Positions 10,547 to 19,499 of a DNA stretch of 64,000 nt are shown in pieces. Numbering within the stretch: the first letter of the stretch is position 1; every line of letters begins with the position of its first letter. Origin of the DNA: an uncultured Chloroflexia bacterium (GTDB lineage Bacteria; Chloroflexota; Anaerolineae; CG2-30-64-16); contig CAVZDU010000003.1 of the NCBI GenBank assembly GCA_963774265.1, positions 384,001 to 448,000 on the forward strand. The letters are read 5' to 3'. The notes under the pieces were generated by a model. That model was not told where the DNA came from. It made no database searches and saw only the letters and a list, made by a program, of their open reading frames with translations. A program made the translations under genes and the position numbers.

Positions 10547-11834
10547 GCTGGCCTCCAGCGCCTGATCCAGGTCCCACAGGATGTCGTCGATATCCTCGAG
10601 GCCGACGCTCAGGCGGATGAAGTCGGGCGTGACGCCGGCCGTCGCCAGCTCGTCCTCGCTGAGCTGGCTGTGCGTGGTGCGTGGCCGGATGGATGGCCAG
10701 GCTCTTGGCGTCGCCGACGTTGGCCAGGTGGCTGAAGAGCTTGCAGGCTCTCGATGAACCTGCTGGCCGGCCGCCACGCCGCCCTTGATGCCGAAGCCCA
10801 GGATCGCGCCCGGCGCCCTTGGGCAGATACTTCTTGGCCCGCTCGTGATCGGGATGGCTGGCCAGGCCCGGGATAGCTGACCCAGCTCACCCGCGGATGC
10901 GCCGTCCAGGAACTCGGCCACCGCCTGGGCGTTGGCCACGTGGCGATCCATGCGCAGGCTGAGGGTCTCGATGCCCTGGATGGTCTGCCAGCTATTGAAC
11001 GGCGCCTGGCAGGCGCCGATGTCGCGCAGGATCTGCACGCGCGCCTTGAGGATGAACGCCGGCGCGCCCAGGTCGGCGTAGACCAGCCCGTGGTACGATG
11101 GGTCGGGCGTGGTGAAGTTGGCGAAGCGGCCGCTGGTCCAGTCGAAGTTGCCGCCGTCGACGATCACGCCGCCGATGGTGGTGCCGTGGCCGCCGAGGAA
11201 CTTGGTGGTGCTGTGGACGACGATGTTGGCGCCCCACTCGAACGGCCGGCACAGGTAGGGCGTGGCGAAGGTGTTGTCGATCATGAGCGGGATGCGCGTG
11301 CTGCCTGGCCAGCGCCGCCACCTCCTCGAACGGGAAGACGCTGATGTCGGGATTGCCCAGCGTCTCGCCGTAGAGGATCTTGGTGTTGGGCCGGATCGCC
11401 TTCTCGAAGTCGCCCGGGTCGGTCGGATCGACGAAGGTCACGTCGATGCCGATGCGCGGGAAGGTGTAGGCGAACTGGTTGTAGGTGCCGCCGTAGAGCC
11501 GGCTGCTGGTGACGATGTGGTCGCCCGCGCCGCACAGGGTGAGGATCGCCATGGGCCTGCGCGGCGTGGCCGCTGACTGGCCGCCAGCGCGCCGACGCCG
11601 CCTTCCAGGTCTGGCCAGGCGCTGCTCGAGCACGTCGGTGGTCGGGTTCATGATGCGGGTGTAGATGTTGCCGAACTCCTTCAGGGCGAACAGATTGGCG
11701 GCGTGCTCGGTGTCGCGGAACTGGTAGCTGGTGGTCTGGTAGATCGGCACGGCGCGGCTGCCGGTGGTCGGGTCGGGCTGCTGGCCGGCGTGCAGTTGGC
11801 GGGTGGTGAAGCCGAGCTTGCGTTCGGTGATCAT
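10538..11834 (-). CDS. metY: O-acetylhomoserine aminocarboxypropyltransferase/sulfhydrylase; frameshifted
   Basis: PIYQTTSY, GNIYTRIMNPT, DNTFATPYL, HSTTKFLGGHG (PLP Lys), IRLSVGLE. Confidence 0.92.
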
Positions 11835-11900
11835 GGCTTGTTCCTCTCTTCATTCGGATGCGGCCTCCGCCGGCCGGGACTGTTGTTCACGCATCGCAAC

Positions 11901-11937
11901 AAAAACGCCCTCTCAGGCTGGCGTTCTGAGAGGGCGT
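11901..11937 (-). terminator. Second intrinsic terminator in the metY leader
   Basis: ACGCCCTCTCAG-loop-CTGAGAGGGCGT followed by a T run. Confidence 0.7.
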
Positions 11938-11973
11938 CCAAGATTCCTTCCGCTGTCAACGGATGCGCCTGCT

Positions 11974-12000
11974 AAAAAACAAATCCCCGCGGTCGGGGAT
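11974..12000 (-). terminator. Riboswitch-proximal intrinsic terminator
   Basis: ATCCCCG-ACCG-CGGGGAT-TTGTTTTTT; the 5' arm overlaps TTCCTGCTCATC, which can pair with the P1 3' strand. Confidence 0.7.
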
Positions 12001-12029
12001 GAGCAGGAAGCAACGGGTGACGGATGTTC

Positions 12030-12167
12030 CTCTCATCTTCCAGATCCTGTCTGTTCCAGATACTGTCTGCCGGAATTGGCACCCGGACGTGTGACGTGCA
12101 TCACTGCCGCCCTCACCGGGTTGTCGAGGCTTCATCGGGCCGGTCCCTCCGCCTCTCTGGATAAGAA
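12030..12167 (-). ncRNA. SAM-I (S-box) riboswitch
   Basis: CTTATCCAGAGAGGCGGAGGGACCGGCCCGATGAAGCCTCGACAACC...GGTGCCAATTCCGGCAG...CTGGAAGATGAGAG, upstream of metY. Confidence 0.95.
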
Positions 12168-12192
12168 ATGGGCATATTCGGTTGTGGGCGGG

Positions 12193-12222
12193 ACTATAGC
12201 AGAAGTTGCGGGAGGGTGTCAA
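12193..12222 (-). promoter_or_regulatory. Sigma70 promoter of the riboswitch-metY transcript
   Basis: TTGACA-18-TATAGT with extended TG. Confidence 0.7.
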
Positions 12223-12246
12223 ATCGCGGCTACGCCCCGCAGCCTT

Positions 12247-12951
12247 CTATTCACCCAATAGCAAGCGTCCGCAGTTGCCGCAATACACCAGCTCATCGCC
12301 GAACCGTGCGGCCTCCAGCTTGCTGGGCGGCACCGCGACCAGGCACGCGCTGCACTCATCGCCGTCCAACTCAGCCACTGCGCGGCCGCCGCGACGTGGT
12401 CGGAGAGTGTCGTATGTCCTCAGGATCTCCGCCGGGATGCCCCTGCGCGCCGCAGCCTGCCTGTCCTGCTCTCCGGGCAGCCGCGCTTTAAGCCTGGCCT
12501 GTTCGGTGCGAAGCGTTGCCTGCCGCGCGTCCCACTCAGCCGCCAGCCTGGCAACCTCGGCCCGCGCGTTGTCCAGCGTCACGGTCGCGGTCTCCAATGC
12601 CATCATGATTCCGAGCAGCTGATCCTCCACTGCGGCCTTCTGGTGTTGGTGTTGCGCAACATCGCGCTCCCCATCCTTCAACTCCCGCGGGCTCGTCACC
12701 TCGCCGCTGTAAAGCCGCTGCTCCGTCTTTTTGACCTTCTGCTCCAGCTCGGCCTCGTCCCGTTCGAGGCTCTGCTGCTCCGTGCGCAGGCGATCGACCT
12801 CCTTTTCGGCATCGCCGGCGCTGCGCCGCGTGGCAGTGAGCGCCGGTGGCTCGCGGAGAGCCTCTGCGATCTCGGTCAAACGCGTCTTTGTGGCGTCAAC
12901 GGCCAGGTCAATATCATTCAAATGCGCCAAGAGGAGAATGGATCGAGTCAT
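12247..12951 (-). CDS. Coiled-coil protein with C-terminal C4 zinc ribbon (DUF164/CT398-like)
   Basis: Long coiled coil, CSAC and CGNCGRLL; GGAGG RBS before ATG 12951. Confidence 0.85.
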   Translation of the reverse strand: MTRSILLLAHLNDIDLAVDATKTRLTEIAEALREPPALTATRRSAGDAEKEVDRLRTEQQSLERDEAELEQKVKKTEQRLYSGEVTSPRELKDGERDVAQHQHQKAAVEDQLLGIMMALETATVTLDNARAEVARLAAEWDARQATLRTEQARLKARLPGEQDRQAAARRGIPAEILRTYDTLRPRRGGRAVAELDGDECSACLVAVPPSKLEAARFGDELVYCGNCGRLLLGE

Positions 12952-13118
12952 CAGGCCTCCGAGGACGAAGTTGTCGGGGCAATTATACTTCATGCGGCGA
13001 CCTGTGCTACAATTTCCTGACTAATCCGGCGCCGCATCTCCTGCCGCGCCGCCACAGCGAACGCAGACCGATTGGGGATACGCCTCGGACTGCGGCGGCT
13101 GAAAGGGAGAATCACGCG

Positions 13119-13274
13119 ATGCGTAACCAGGGATCCAGCGCCAGCTTGATCGAGCTGGCCCTCATCATCGTTCTGATCGCCATCATCATCATGGCGATCC
13201 TGCTTATCATGGGCGATGATCTTCGGCTGTGGGTCGTCAACACCCTGCAGGGGCTTTTCGCAGGTCGCAGTTGA
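13119..13274 (+). CDS. Small Flp/type IVb pilin-like protein
   Basis: MRNQGSSASLIELALIIVLIAIIIMAILLIMG; GGGAGA RBS. Confidence 0.55.
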   Translation: MRNQGSSASLIELALIIVLIAIIIMAILLIMGDDLRLWVVNTLQGLFAGRS

Positions 13275-13281
13275 TTGGGCC

Positions 13282-14058
13282 ATGAGCCGGCAACAAGAAC
13301 GTCCGATGGCGGGCGTGCTCGACCGGCTGCAAGCTGCTGGCGGCCGTCTGTTGGACCTCATCTATCCGCCCCGGTGTCCCGGCTGCGGCCGCGTGGGCCG
13401 GCTTTTTTGTGCAGATTGCCGGGGGTCGGTCCAGGCGTATCCTCAATCGGTCTGCGTTCGCTGCGGCGGCGCGTTAGCGCATCGCGGCCTATGCGCGTCT
13501 TGCGCTGCCTCTCCCTCATGCCTCGAGGGCATCCACGCGGCCACGATATTCACCGATCCTATGCGGCAGGCAATCCACGAATTCAAGTATGAAGGTGTGG
13601 CTGACCTGGCCCTTCCGCTTGCTGAATGGCTGGTGGCCGCCTGGCACTTGCACCGCCTGGATGCCGACCTGATCGTCCCCGTCCCCTTGCACCCGAAGCG
13701 CGAGGCTGAGCGCGGCTATAACCAGTCCGCGCTGCTGGCGCGTGCGCTGGCCCGCGCGGTGGACGCGCCGGTGGCGCCTGCGGAGTTGGTCCGAACCGTG
13801 AGCACGCGGCCGCAGGTGGGGCTGACGGCCGAAGAGCGCAAGCGGAACATCGCGGGCGCGTTTCGCTGTGCGGGCGATGTCACCGGCCAACGCATCGTGC
13901 TGGTGGATGATGTGTGCACGACCGGCGCGACGCTGGAGGCGTGCGGCCAGGCGCTGCGCGACGCGGGTGCAGCCGGTGTGTGGGGTCTGACCCTGGCGCG
14001 GCCGGGTCCGGGTCTCAGTCGGGACGAAGCTGTTCGGGAATCCAACGATTCGCCGTGA
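13282..14058 (+). CDS. comF: ComF family protein (double zinc ribbon plus PRTase)
   Basis: PPRCPGC, VPVPLH, RGYNQS, LVDDVCTTGATL. Confidence 0.9.
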   Translation: MSRQQERPMAGVLDRLQAAGGRLLDLIYPPRCPGCGRVGRLFCADCRGSVQAYPQSVCVRCGGALAHRGLCASCAASPSCLEGIHAATIFTDPMRQAIHEFKYEGVADLALPLAEWLVAAWHLHRLDADLIVPVPLHPKREAERGYNQSALLARALARAVDAPVAPAELVRTVSTRPQVGLTAEERKRNIAGAFRCAGDVTGQRIVLVDDVCTTGATLEACGQALRDAGAAGVWGLTLARPGPGLSRDEAVRESNDSP

Positions 14059-14130
14059 TCCAGGCGCGCAGCTGATCCAGCCATGCGCGACCTTGACACG
14101 GGGCGGGCGCGGCCGTGATATAATGCGTTT

Positions 14131-14448
14131 ATGAATGATGAGGTTGCGTTTCATGTTCGGTCTGCGTTGCGCGAGGCTCACCCGACCTGGTCCATCCGCG
14201 CGGATCCGCCTGCGCTGACGCCTGAACGAATCGCCGCGGATGTGGCCGCGGCCTTCGCCGATCTGGATTGGCGACAGATCGAGCTCTCGCGCCAGTTCAC
14301 TCCCGCACAGAGGCTGCGACAGGTGGCCTCATTAAATGACTTCCTGCGCCACGCGGTGCTGGCCGCGATCCGGAGGGAAGAGCCGGACATCAGCACGGAG
14401 GCGCTGCAGCGCAGATATCTGGAGCGCATTGGGATACTGATCCCATGA
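14131..14448 (+). CDS. Small protein, putative antitoxin partner of the downstream nucleotidyltransferase
   Basis: 105-aa ORF with ATGA overlap to the next gene; TG-n-TATAAT lies 6 nt before the ATG. Confidence 0.6.
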   Translation: MNDEVAFHVRSALREAHPTWSIRADPPALTPERIAADVAAAFADLDWRQIELSRQFTPAQRLRQVASLNDFLRHAVLAAIRREEPDISTEALQRRYLERIGILIP

Positions 14449-15041
14449 GCGCGCCGGATTTCTCCGCGTTTTTGCATTCGGTCATCAACACACTCGAACG
14501 GCTTGGACTGACATACGCCATTGGCGGTTCGGTGGCCAGTTCCATCTACGGGGATCCCCGGTCAACACGCGATGTTGACATCAGCGTTGTGCTGCCTGCT
14601 GATGAGTCGTATCGCTTTGCGTCCGTGTTTCAGCAGCTTGGCTACTATTGCCCGTTCGACGTCGTCCTCGATGCGCTCATCGCCAATCAACCCTTCAACA
14701 TCATCGATGCCATGAGTGGGTTCAAGGCAGACATCTTCTTGATACCGCCAGACAATCCCTCTGACCACGAACGCGCGATCATACAGCGCAGGCGACGTCA
14801 GGTCTACGACGACAGAACACAAGCGGACGCCGTGCTCTACTCCCCGGAAGACGTCGTGGTGTACAAGCTCAAGTACTATGTGATGGGCCAGATACCGAAA
14901 CACCTGCGTGACATCGCGGGCATCCTGGCAGCGCAGGGTGATCGGCTCGACCTGGATTACATCGCCTACTGGGCCGAAAGGTTCGGAGGTGGGGATGTGT
15001 GGAAGCAGATCCTGCTGGAGTACCGCAACACACGCCCCTGA
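14445..15041 (+). CDS. Nucleotidyltransferase (DUF6036/AbiEii-like)
   Basis: YAIGGSVASSIYGDPRSTRDVD, SPEDVVVYKL, KHLRDI. Confidence 0.75.
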   Translation: MSAPDFSAFLHSVINTLERLGLTYAIGGSVASSIYGDPRSTRDVDISVVLPADESYRFASVFQQLGYYCPFDVVLDALIANQPFNIIDAMSGFKADIFLIPPDNPSDHERAIIQRRRRQVYDDRTQADAVLYSPEDVVVYKLKYYVMGQIPKHLRDIAGILAAQGDRLDLDYIAYWAERFGGGDVWKQILLEYRNTRP

Positions 15042-15146
15042 AGATCACGAATTTCAACACCATGATCATAATTACTAACTGGGACCGCCGTTACGTTGGC
15101 CCCATCTGGGGCGCCAGCCGGACCTCTTCGTTGTCCGAAGTTGCTG

Positions 15147-15175
15147 TTGACATTTCCCCACACCCCGCGTACAAT
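15147..15175 (+). promoter_or_regulatory. Sigma70 promoter of hpf
   Basis: TTGACA-17-TACAAT. Confidence 0.7.
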
Positions 15176-15286
15176 CGAGCCATCCACAGTCCGGCGGCCC
15201 TACGGCTTCGAGGCCATCAGTGCTTACCTTTCGCCGTTGGCAGCTCGGAGCAACGCTCCGCCACGATTACGGAAAGGAGACGGCGT

Positions 15287-15850
15287 ATGCAACTCACCAT
15301 TACCGGCAAGAACATCGAGATCAACGACACGGTGCGCAAGTACGTGGAGAAGAAAATCGGCCGGTTAGATCGCTATTTGGCCAACATTATTGATGGGCGA
15401 GTGGAACTCGAAAAGGATGAAGGGGCTCGCGCGGCCGATGACCGCCAGATCGCCCAGGTGACGCTCCGCACCAAGAACGTGGTGCTCCGCGCGGAGGAAG
15501 CATCAGGCGACATCTTCACTTCCATTGACGCGGTTGTCGATAAGATGCAGCGCCAGGCTGACCGGTACAAGGGCAAACGCTGGGCGAAGCGGATCGAGGA
15601 TGCACAGGAAGCAGCCACCGCGGCCGTGTTGCAGACCACCGAGGAGGAAGAGGCGGCGGAGGAAGAGCCGACAGTCTCACGCGTCAAGCACTTCCGCATG
15701 GTCCCCATGGATGAAACCGAAGCCATCGCGCAGATGGAGCTCCTGGGCCATGACTTCTATGTGTTCTATAATGCCAACCAGAGCCAGATCAACGTGCTCT
15801 ACCGCCGGCGGAACGGCCAATATGGCTTGATCCAGCCTGAGCTCGCCTGA
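15287..15850 (+). CDS. hpf: Long ribosome hibernation promoting factor (HPF/RaiA)
   Basis: MQLTITGKNIEI..YVEKKIGRLDRY; C-terminal MELLGHDFYVF..LYRR..YGLI; GGAAAGGAG RBS. Confidence 0.95.
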   Translation: MQLTITGKNIEINDTVRKYVEKKIGRLDRYLANIIDGRVELEKDEGARAADDRQIAQVTLRTKNVVLRAEEASGDIFTSIDAVVDKMQRQADRYKGKRWAKRIEDAQEAATAAVLQTTEEEEAAEEEPTVSRVKHFRMVPMDETEAIAQMELLGHDFYVFYNANQSQINVLYRRRNGQYGLIQPELA

Positions 15851-15905
15851 TCCTGTTGTTCGGATAGTCGCTGCCCCCGGGGATCATTGTCTCCGGGGGC
15901 CTTTA

Positions 15906-16415
15906 TTGGAGCCCTTGTTGAAGACGATTCTCTTCGTTTGTACGGCCAATATTTGCCGTTCGCCGATGGCGGCGGCCATCATGCGAGACCGGATCACTAC
16001 GGCTGGCCTGGCGGCAGAGGTCCAGGTGATCTCGGCGGGCGTGTGGGCCGAGTCGGGCGCCAGGGCCAGCGCTAACGCGGCAGTCGTATTGCGCGGCAGC
16101 GACATCGATCTCACAAGCCATCGCTCCCAACCCCTCACCCCGGCCCTGCTGCGAGAGGCGGACATCATCCTGGTGATGGAAGAGTCGCACCGCCGGTCCA
16201 TTTTCTACATGGCGCCCGAACACCTGGCGAAGGTGTTCCTGGTGACCGAGATGGTAGGCGGGTATGATGACATCTCCGACCCGTACGGCGGCCCCTTCGA
16301 AGAGTATGTGCAGACGGCCAGCCTTCTTGCCGCGCTCATCGACAATGGCATGCCCAGGATTCTGAAACGAATCGGCGTCACTTCGGGGGACGCACCAGGT
16401 ACCAGTGGGGCATGA
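15906..16415 (+). CDS. Low-molecular-weight protein tyrosine/arginine phosphatase
   Basis: ILFVCTANICRSPMA and DISDPYG. Confidence 0.9.
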   Translation: MEPLLKTILFVCTANICRSPMAAAIMRDRITTAGLAAEVQVISAGVWAESGARASANAAVVLRGSDIDLTSHRSQPLTPALLREADIILVMEESHRRSIFYMAPEHLAKVFLVTEMVGGYDDISDPYGGPFEEYVQTASLLAALIDNGMPRILKRIGVTSGDAPGTSGA

Positions 16416-17146
16416 AACCGTAATAGAATCCGAGCAGCGCGCTCAACTTGAACCCGATCCACCCATCGCGCCAGCCCTGTAAGGTGACATAACGCCGCCA
16501 GAATTCGCGAAGCGGCTGGCGCACGAACTTGTGGGGCCACGGCTTGATCCCGCGCTCCACCAGGATGCGGGCCTCCAGGGCCGCGTAGCGCCGCTGCTTG
16601 GCGTGGAACTGTGCCCAATCGTCATAGTTGTAGTGCAGCATCGGCTCTTGCAGGTGGCCTGATGCGCCCTCCAGTATGACCACCTCATGCACGGGTCGAT
16701 CGGGGTCGTATCGGGCACGATCCCGACGCAGCAGCCGGAGCTGATAGTCCGGGTAGAACCCCCCGTAGTGGACCTGTTTCCCAACGATGAAATTATGCCG
16801 CGGCACCCACCAGCCGTTCTCCTCGCGGACCAGCATCTGACGCACTTCGGTCGCCAGCAGCAGGGTGATGCGTTCGTCGGCATCGACAAAGAAGTATCCA
16901 CTCGGCATCCACGGCGTCCAACGCTGCGTTGCGTTGACCGGCGAAGTTATCGAAAGGCCGCTGGATCACCTCTGCGCCGGCGGCCTGCGCCAGCTCTGCG
17001 GTCCCATCCGTGCTGAACGAGTCGGAAACTACGATCCTGTCCGCGAAGCGCACCGTTTCGATGCAGTCGACGATATGCTTTGCGGCGTTCTTGGTCAATA
17101 TCACAACCGTCAATTCGACACGGTCCGGCTCACGATTCGGGATCAT
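16378..17146 (-). CDS. Glycosyltransferase family 2; frameshifted
   Basis: VVILTKN, DSFSTDGT, FAGQRN, DADER, YPDYQLRL. Confidence 0.85.
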
Positions 17147-18127
17147 GGCGCACCCCTTTGGGAGAACATCTCAGATACGGCAGCGGCAGCCTGCCTGCGA
17201 TCGGCCAGCTCGGCCGCGGTGATTTCCCCGCGCCGAGCGGCCGCCTGCGCCCTGCGCTGCTCCGCAGCCATGCCGAGCCGCACGATCCGCGCGGCCAGAC
17301 GTTGTCGCGACGGGCTATAGAATCTACGGTACAACCGCTGCCGGCTGCGCCAGAGGTTGAGCGTGGACTGGCTGCGAAATTGCCGGGTGCTGGCGCCGCC
17401 GTGATGAATCACCCGGGCACGCGGCACACAGAAGAACGACCAGCCCGCGCGTTGCATGCGCCAACACCAGTCGACTTCTTCCGCGTACATGAAATAGCCT
17501 TCGTCCAGCAGCCCGGCGGCCTCGATCGCCTCGCGGCGCACCATCAGGCTGGCGCCCAGGGCAAAGTCGATGGGGAAGGGTTGGCCCGTGTCATAGAGTG
17601 ATCGGGAATACCGGCCATTGAGTTGGGTGTCGAGCAGCCGGCGGGGTCGCGGTGGGAACAGGTCGAACCAGAGTTGGAGCAGCCCGGGAAACGCGAAATG
17701 CGCCGTGCTGGAACCTGCCGTCGGGGTATTGGAGCTGCGCACCAACGCCGCCCGCCTGGGGATGCGCCAGCAGGTGCGCCGCCATCTGCCCGATCGCGTC
17801 GGCCAGCGGCTCCGCGTCCGGGTTGAGCAGCAACACGAGGTCCGGCCGCGGCCCATCCCCGTCGCCGAACCCACATGCGCGTAGTGCGAGGTTGTTCCCC
17901 CCGGCAAAGCCAGGGTTGTCCTGCCGTGCGATCAGGGTCGCCTGGGGGAACTCGGCTGCAACCAGCTCCGCGCTGCCGTCACCCGATGCGTTATCGACGA
18001 CCCACACCGCCGCATCCAGCTCGGGACTGCGCGCCAGGCTCGCGTAGGTCGCAGCCAGGCACGCCCGGAGGAGGTCCCGCACTTTATAGCTGACGAGGAT
18101 GATCGCCAGGGTGGTTCGCCGCGTCAT
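17143..18127 (-). CDS. Glycosyltransferase family 2 (WbbL-like); frameshifted
   Basis: VVDNASGDGS, GFAGGNN, LLLNPD, YFMYAEEVDWC. Confidence 0.85.
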
Positions 18128-19443
18128 GGAACTCCGACGTTGACGCTGATCCGATCCACCGAGTCGTTGGCCACCTGGACGAACTCGTGAATCAGCCCGC
18201 CCCACCAAAACTGGGTGCCCACGGGCGGCACGGCATCCATCTCGATGCATCCGTGTACCTGTCCGCGTTTGCCCGGCAGCAGGTAGTACTGCGGCTCACC
18301 GTCGATGATGCGTTCCTCCAGGTCCTCTTTGCGCCCGATGGACCATCGGAACGGGAAATCCACACCGGTCGAATCGAAGTTCACGCCAAATCGCCACGAG
18401 CCAGCCTGCTGAAGCCATGACTCCTCGTCCTCGCGCACGGCCAGGGTGTTGTAGTTCTCACTGAATTTGTACGTCTGCCCTGCCCACGGCCCTGCCGTCC
18501 TGATCGGCACGGGTCCGTCGTTTTCGACGGTTGCGGTGAAACAGAACGAGTGTCCCAGGAGGACGCTCACGTCGCGGCTGACCTCGTCCGACCAGTCTAT
18601 CTCGCCGCCGAGGATGTTCGCGCGCGGTTTGCCACCCTCGCGGATGGTCAGGGTCGACGAGACCACGACGCGGTTCCCGACTTTGTCTGCCGCCTCAGCG
18701 AAGATGGCATAGTCGCCATCCGGCGGCGGCTCCGCGGACTGGTCCACGCCGCCATCGTAGTCGTAGCCGTGATAGCCCGCCATGCCGGTCTCGGAGATCG
18801 AGGCTGTGGGATTTTCAGCGATGGGATAGTGCAGGAGGGAGGGGCCCTTGTCAGTCTCCAGGGGCTGCAAGTACACCTCGATGCGCTCGGCATCCTTCAG
18901 CAGAAAATAGGAGATCGAGACGCGGTCGTGAATGCCGTCCTGGTTGGGCGTGAACTCCTGGGGCACGACGACGAAGTTGTGGAGTTCCGGCAGAGTCGTG
19001 TCGCCGTCCGACAGCGTGATCCGCCCTTCCCGCTTGTACGTCTGCCCGGAGAGATCCACGGCCTCGATCACCCAGGTGTATTCCCCATCGGGCAGGACGT
19101 GGCTGGACACGAGCATGGCGCCGCCCTCAACCTGTCGCACTTCGGGATCGACGGTCACGCCGCTCCAGTAGACCTGGTATTCCCCGCGCGAGCGTCGCTC
19201 GCCATTTCGGAAATAGTAGCGGACACCTTGGGCATCGATCACGTAAATCGACACGTGGGCCGTGCGTCCAACCGTATAGCGCATCAGGGTCACATCGTCC
19301 TGACCGTCTGCGTTGGGCGAGATCGCCTCGGGCTGCACGCTTACACCAGACAGCAACGGGCTCAACTCACACGCACTGAGCCCGAATGCGGCCGCAACCA
19401 GGATCAGGACCAGGGGAAACCATTGACGGGTGGAAACCCGCAT
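18124..19443 (-). CDS. Lipoprotein with FlgD-like Ig domains
   Basis: Lipobox LSAC; ISPNADG/FTPNQDG and PDGEY/PDGDY repeats. Confidence 0.7.
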   Translation of the reverse strand: MRVSTRQWFPLVLILVAAAFGLSACELSPLLSGVSVQPEAISPNADGQDDVTLMRYTVGRTAHVSIYVIDAQGVRYYFRNGERRSRGEYQVYWSGVTVDPEVRQVEGGAMLVSSHVLPDGEYTWVIEAVDLSGQTYKREGRITLSDGDTTLPELHNFVVVPQEFTPNQDGIHDRVSISYFLLKDAERIEVYLQPLETDKGPSLLHYPIAENPTASISETGMAGYHGYDYDGGVDQSAEPPPDGDYAIFAEAADKVGNRVVVSSTLTIREGGKPRANILGGEIDWSDEVSRDVSVLLGHSFCFTATVENDGPVPIRTAGPWAGQTYKFSENYNTLAVREDEESWLQQAGSWRFGVNFDSTGVDFPFRWSIGRKEDLEERIIDGEPQYYLLPGKRGQVHGCIEMDAVPPVGTQFWWGGLIHEFVQVANDSVDRISVNVGVP

Positions 19444-19499
19444 TGAAGAACCTCCATTGATATGGTGGGCATTCAGTCTAGCAGATGGTCGATGGACCG

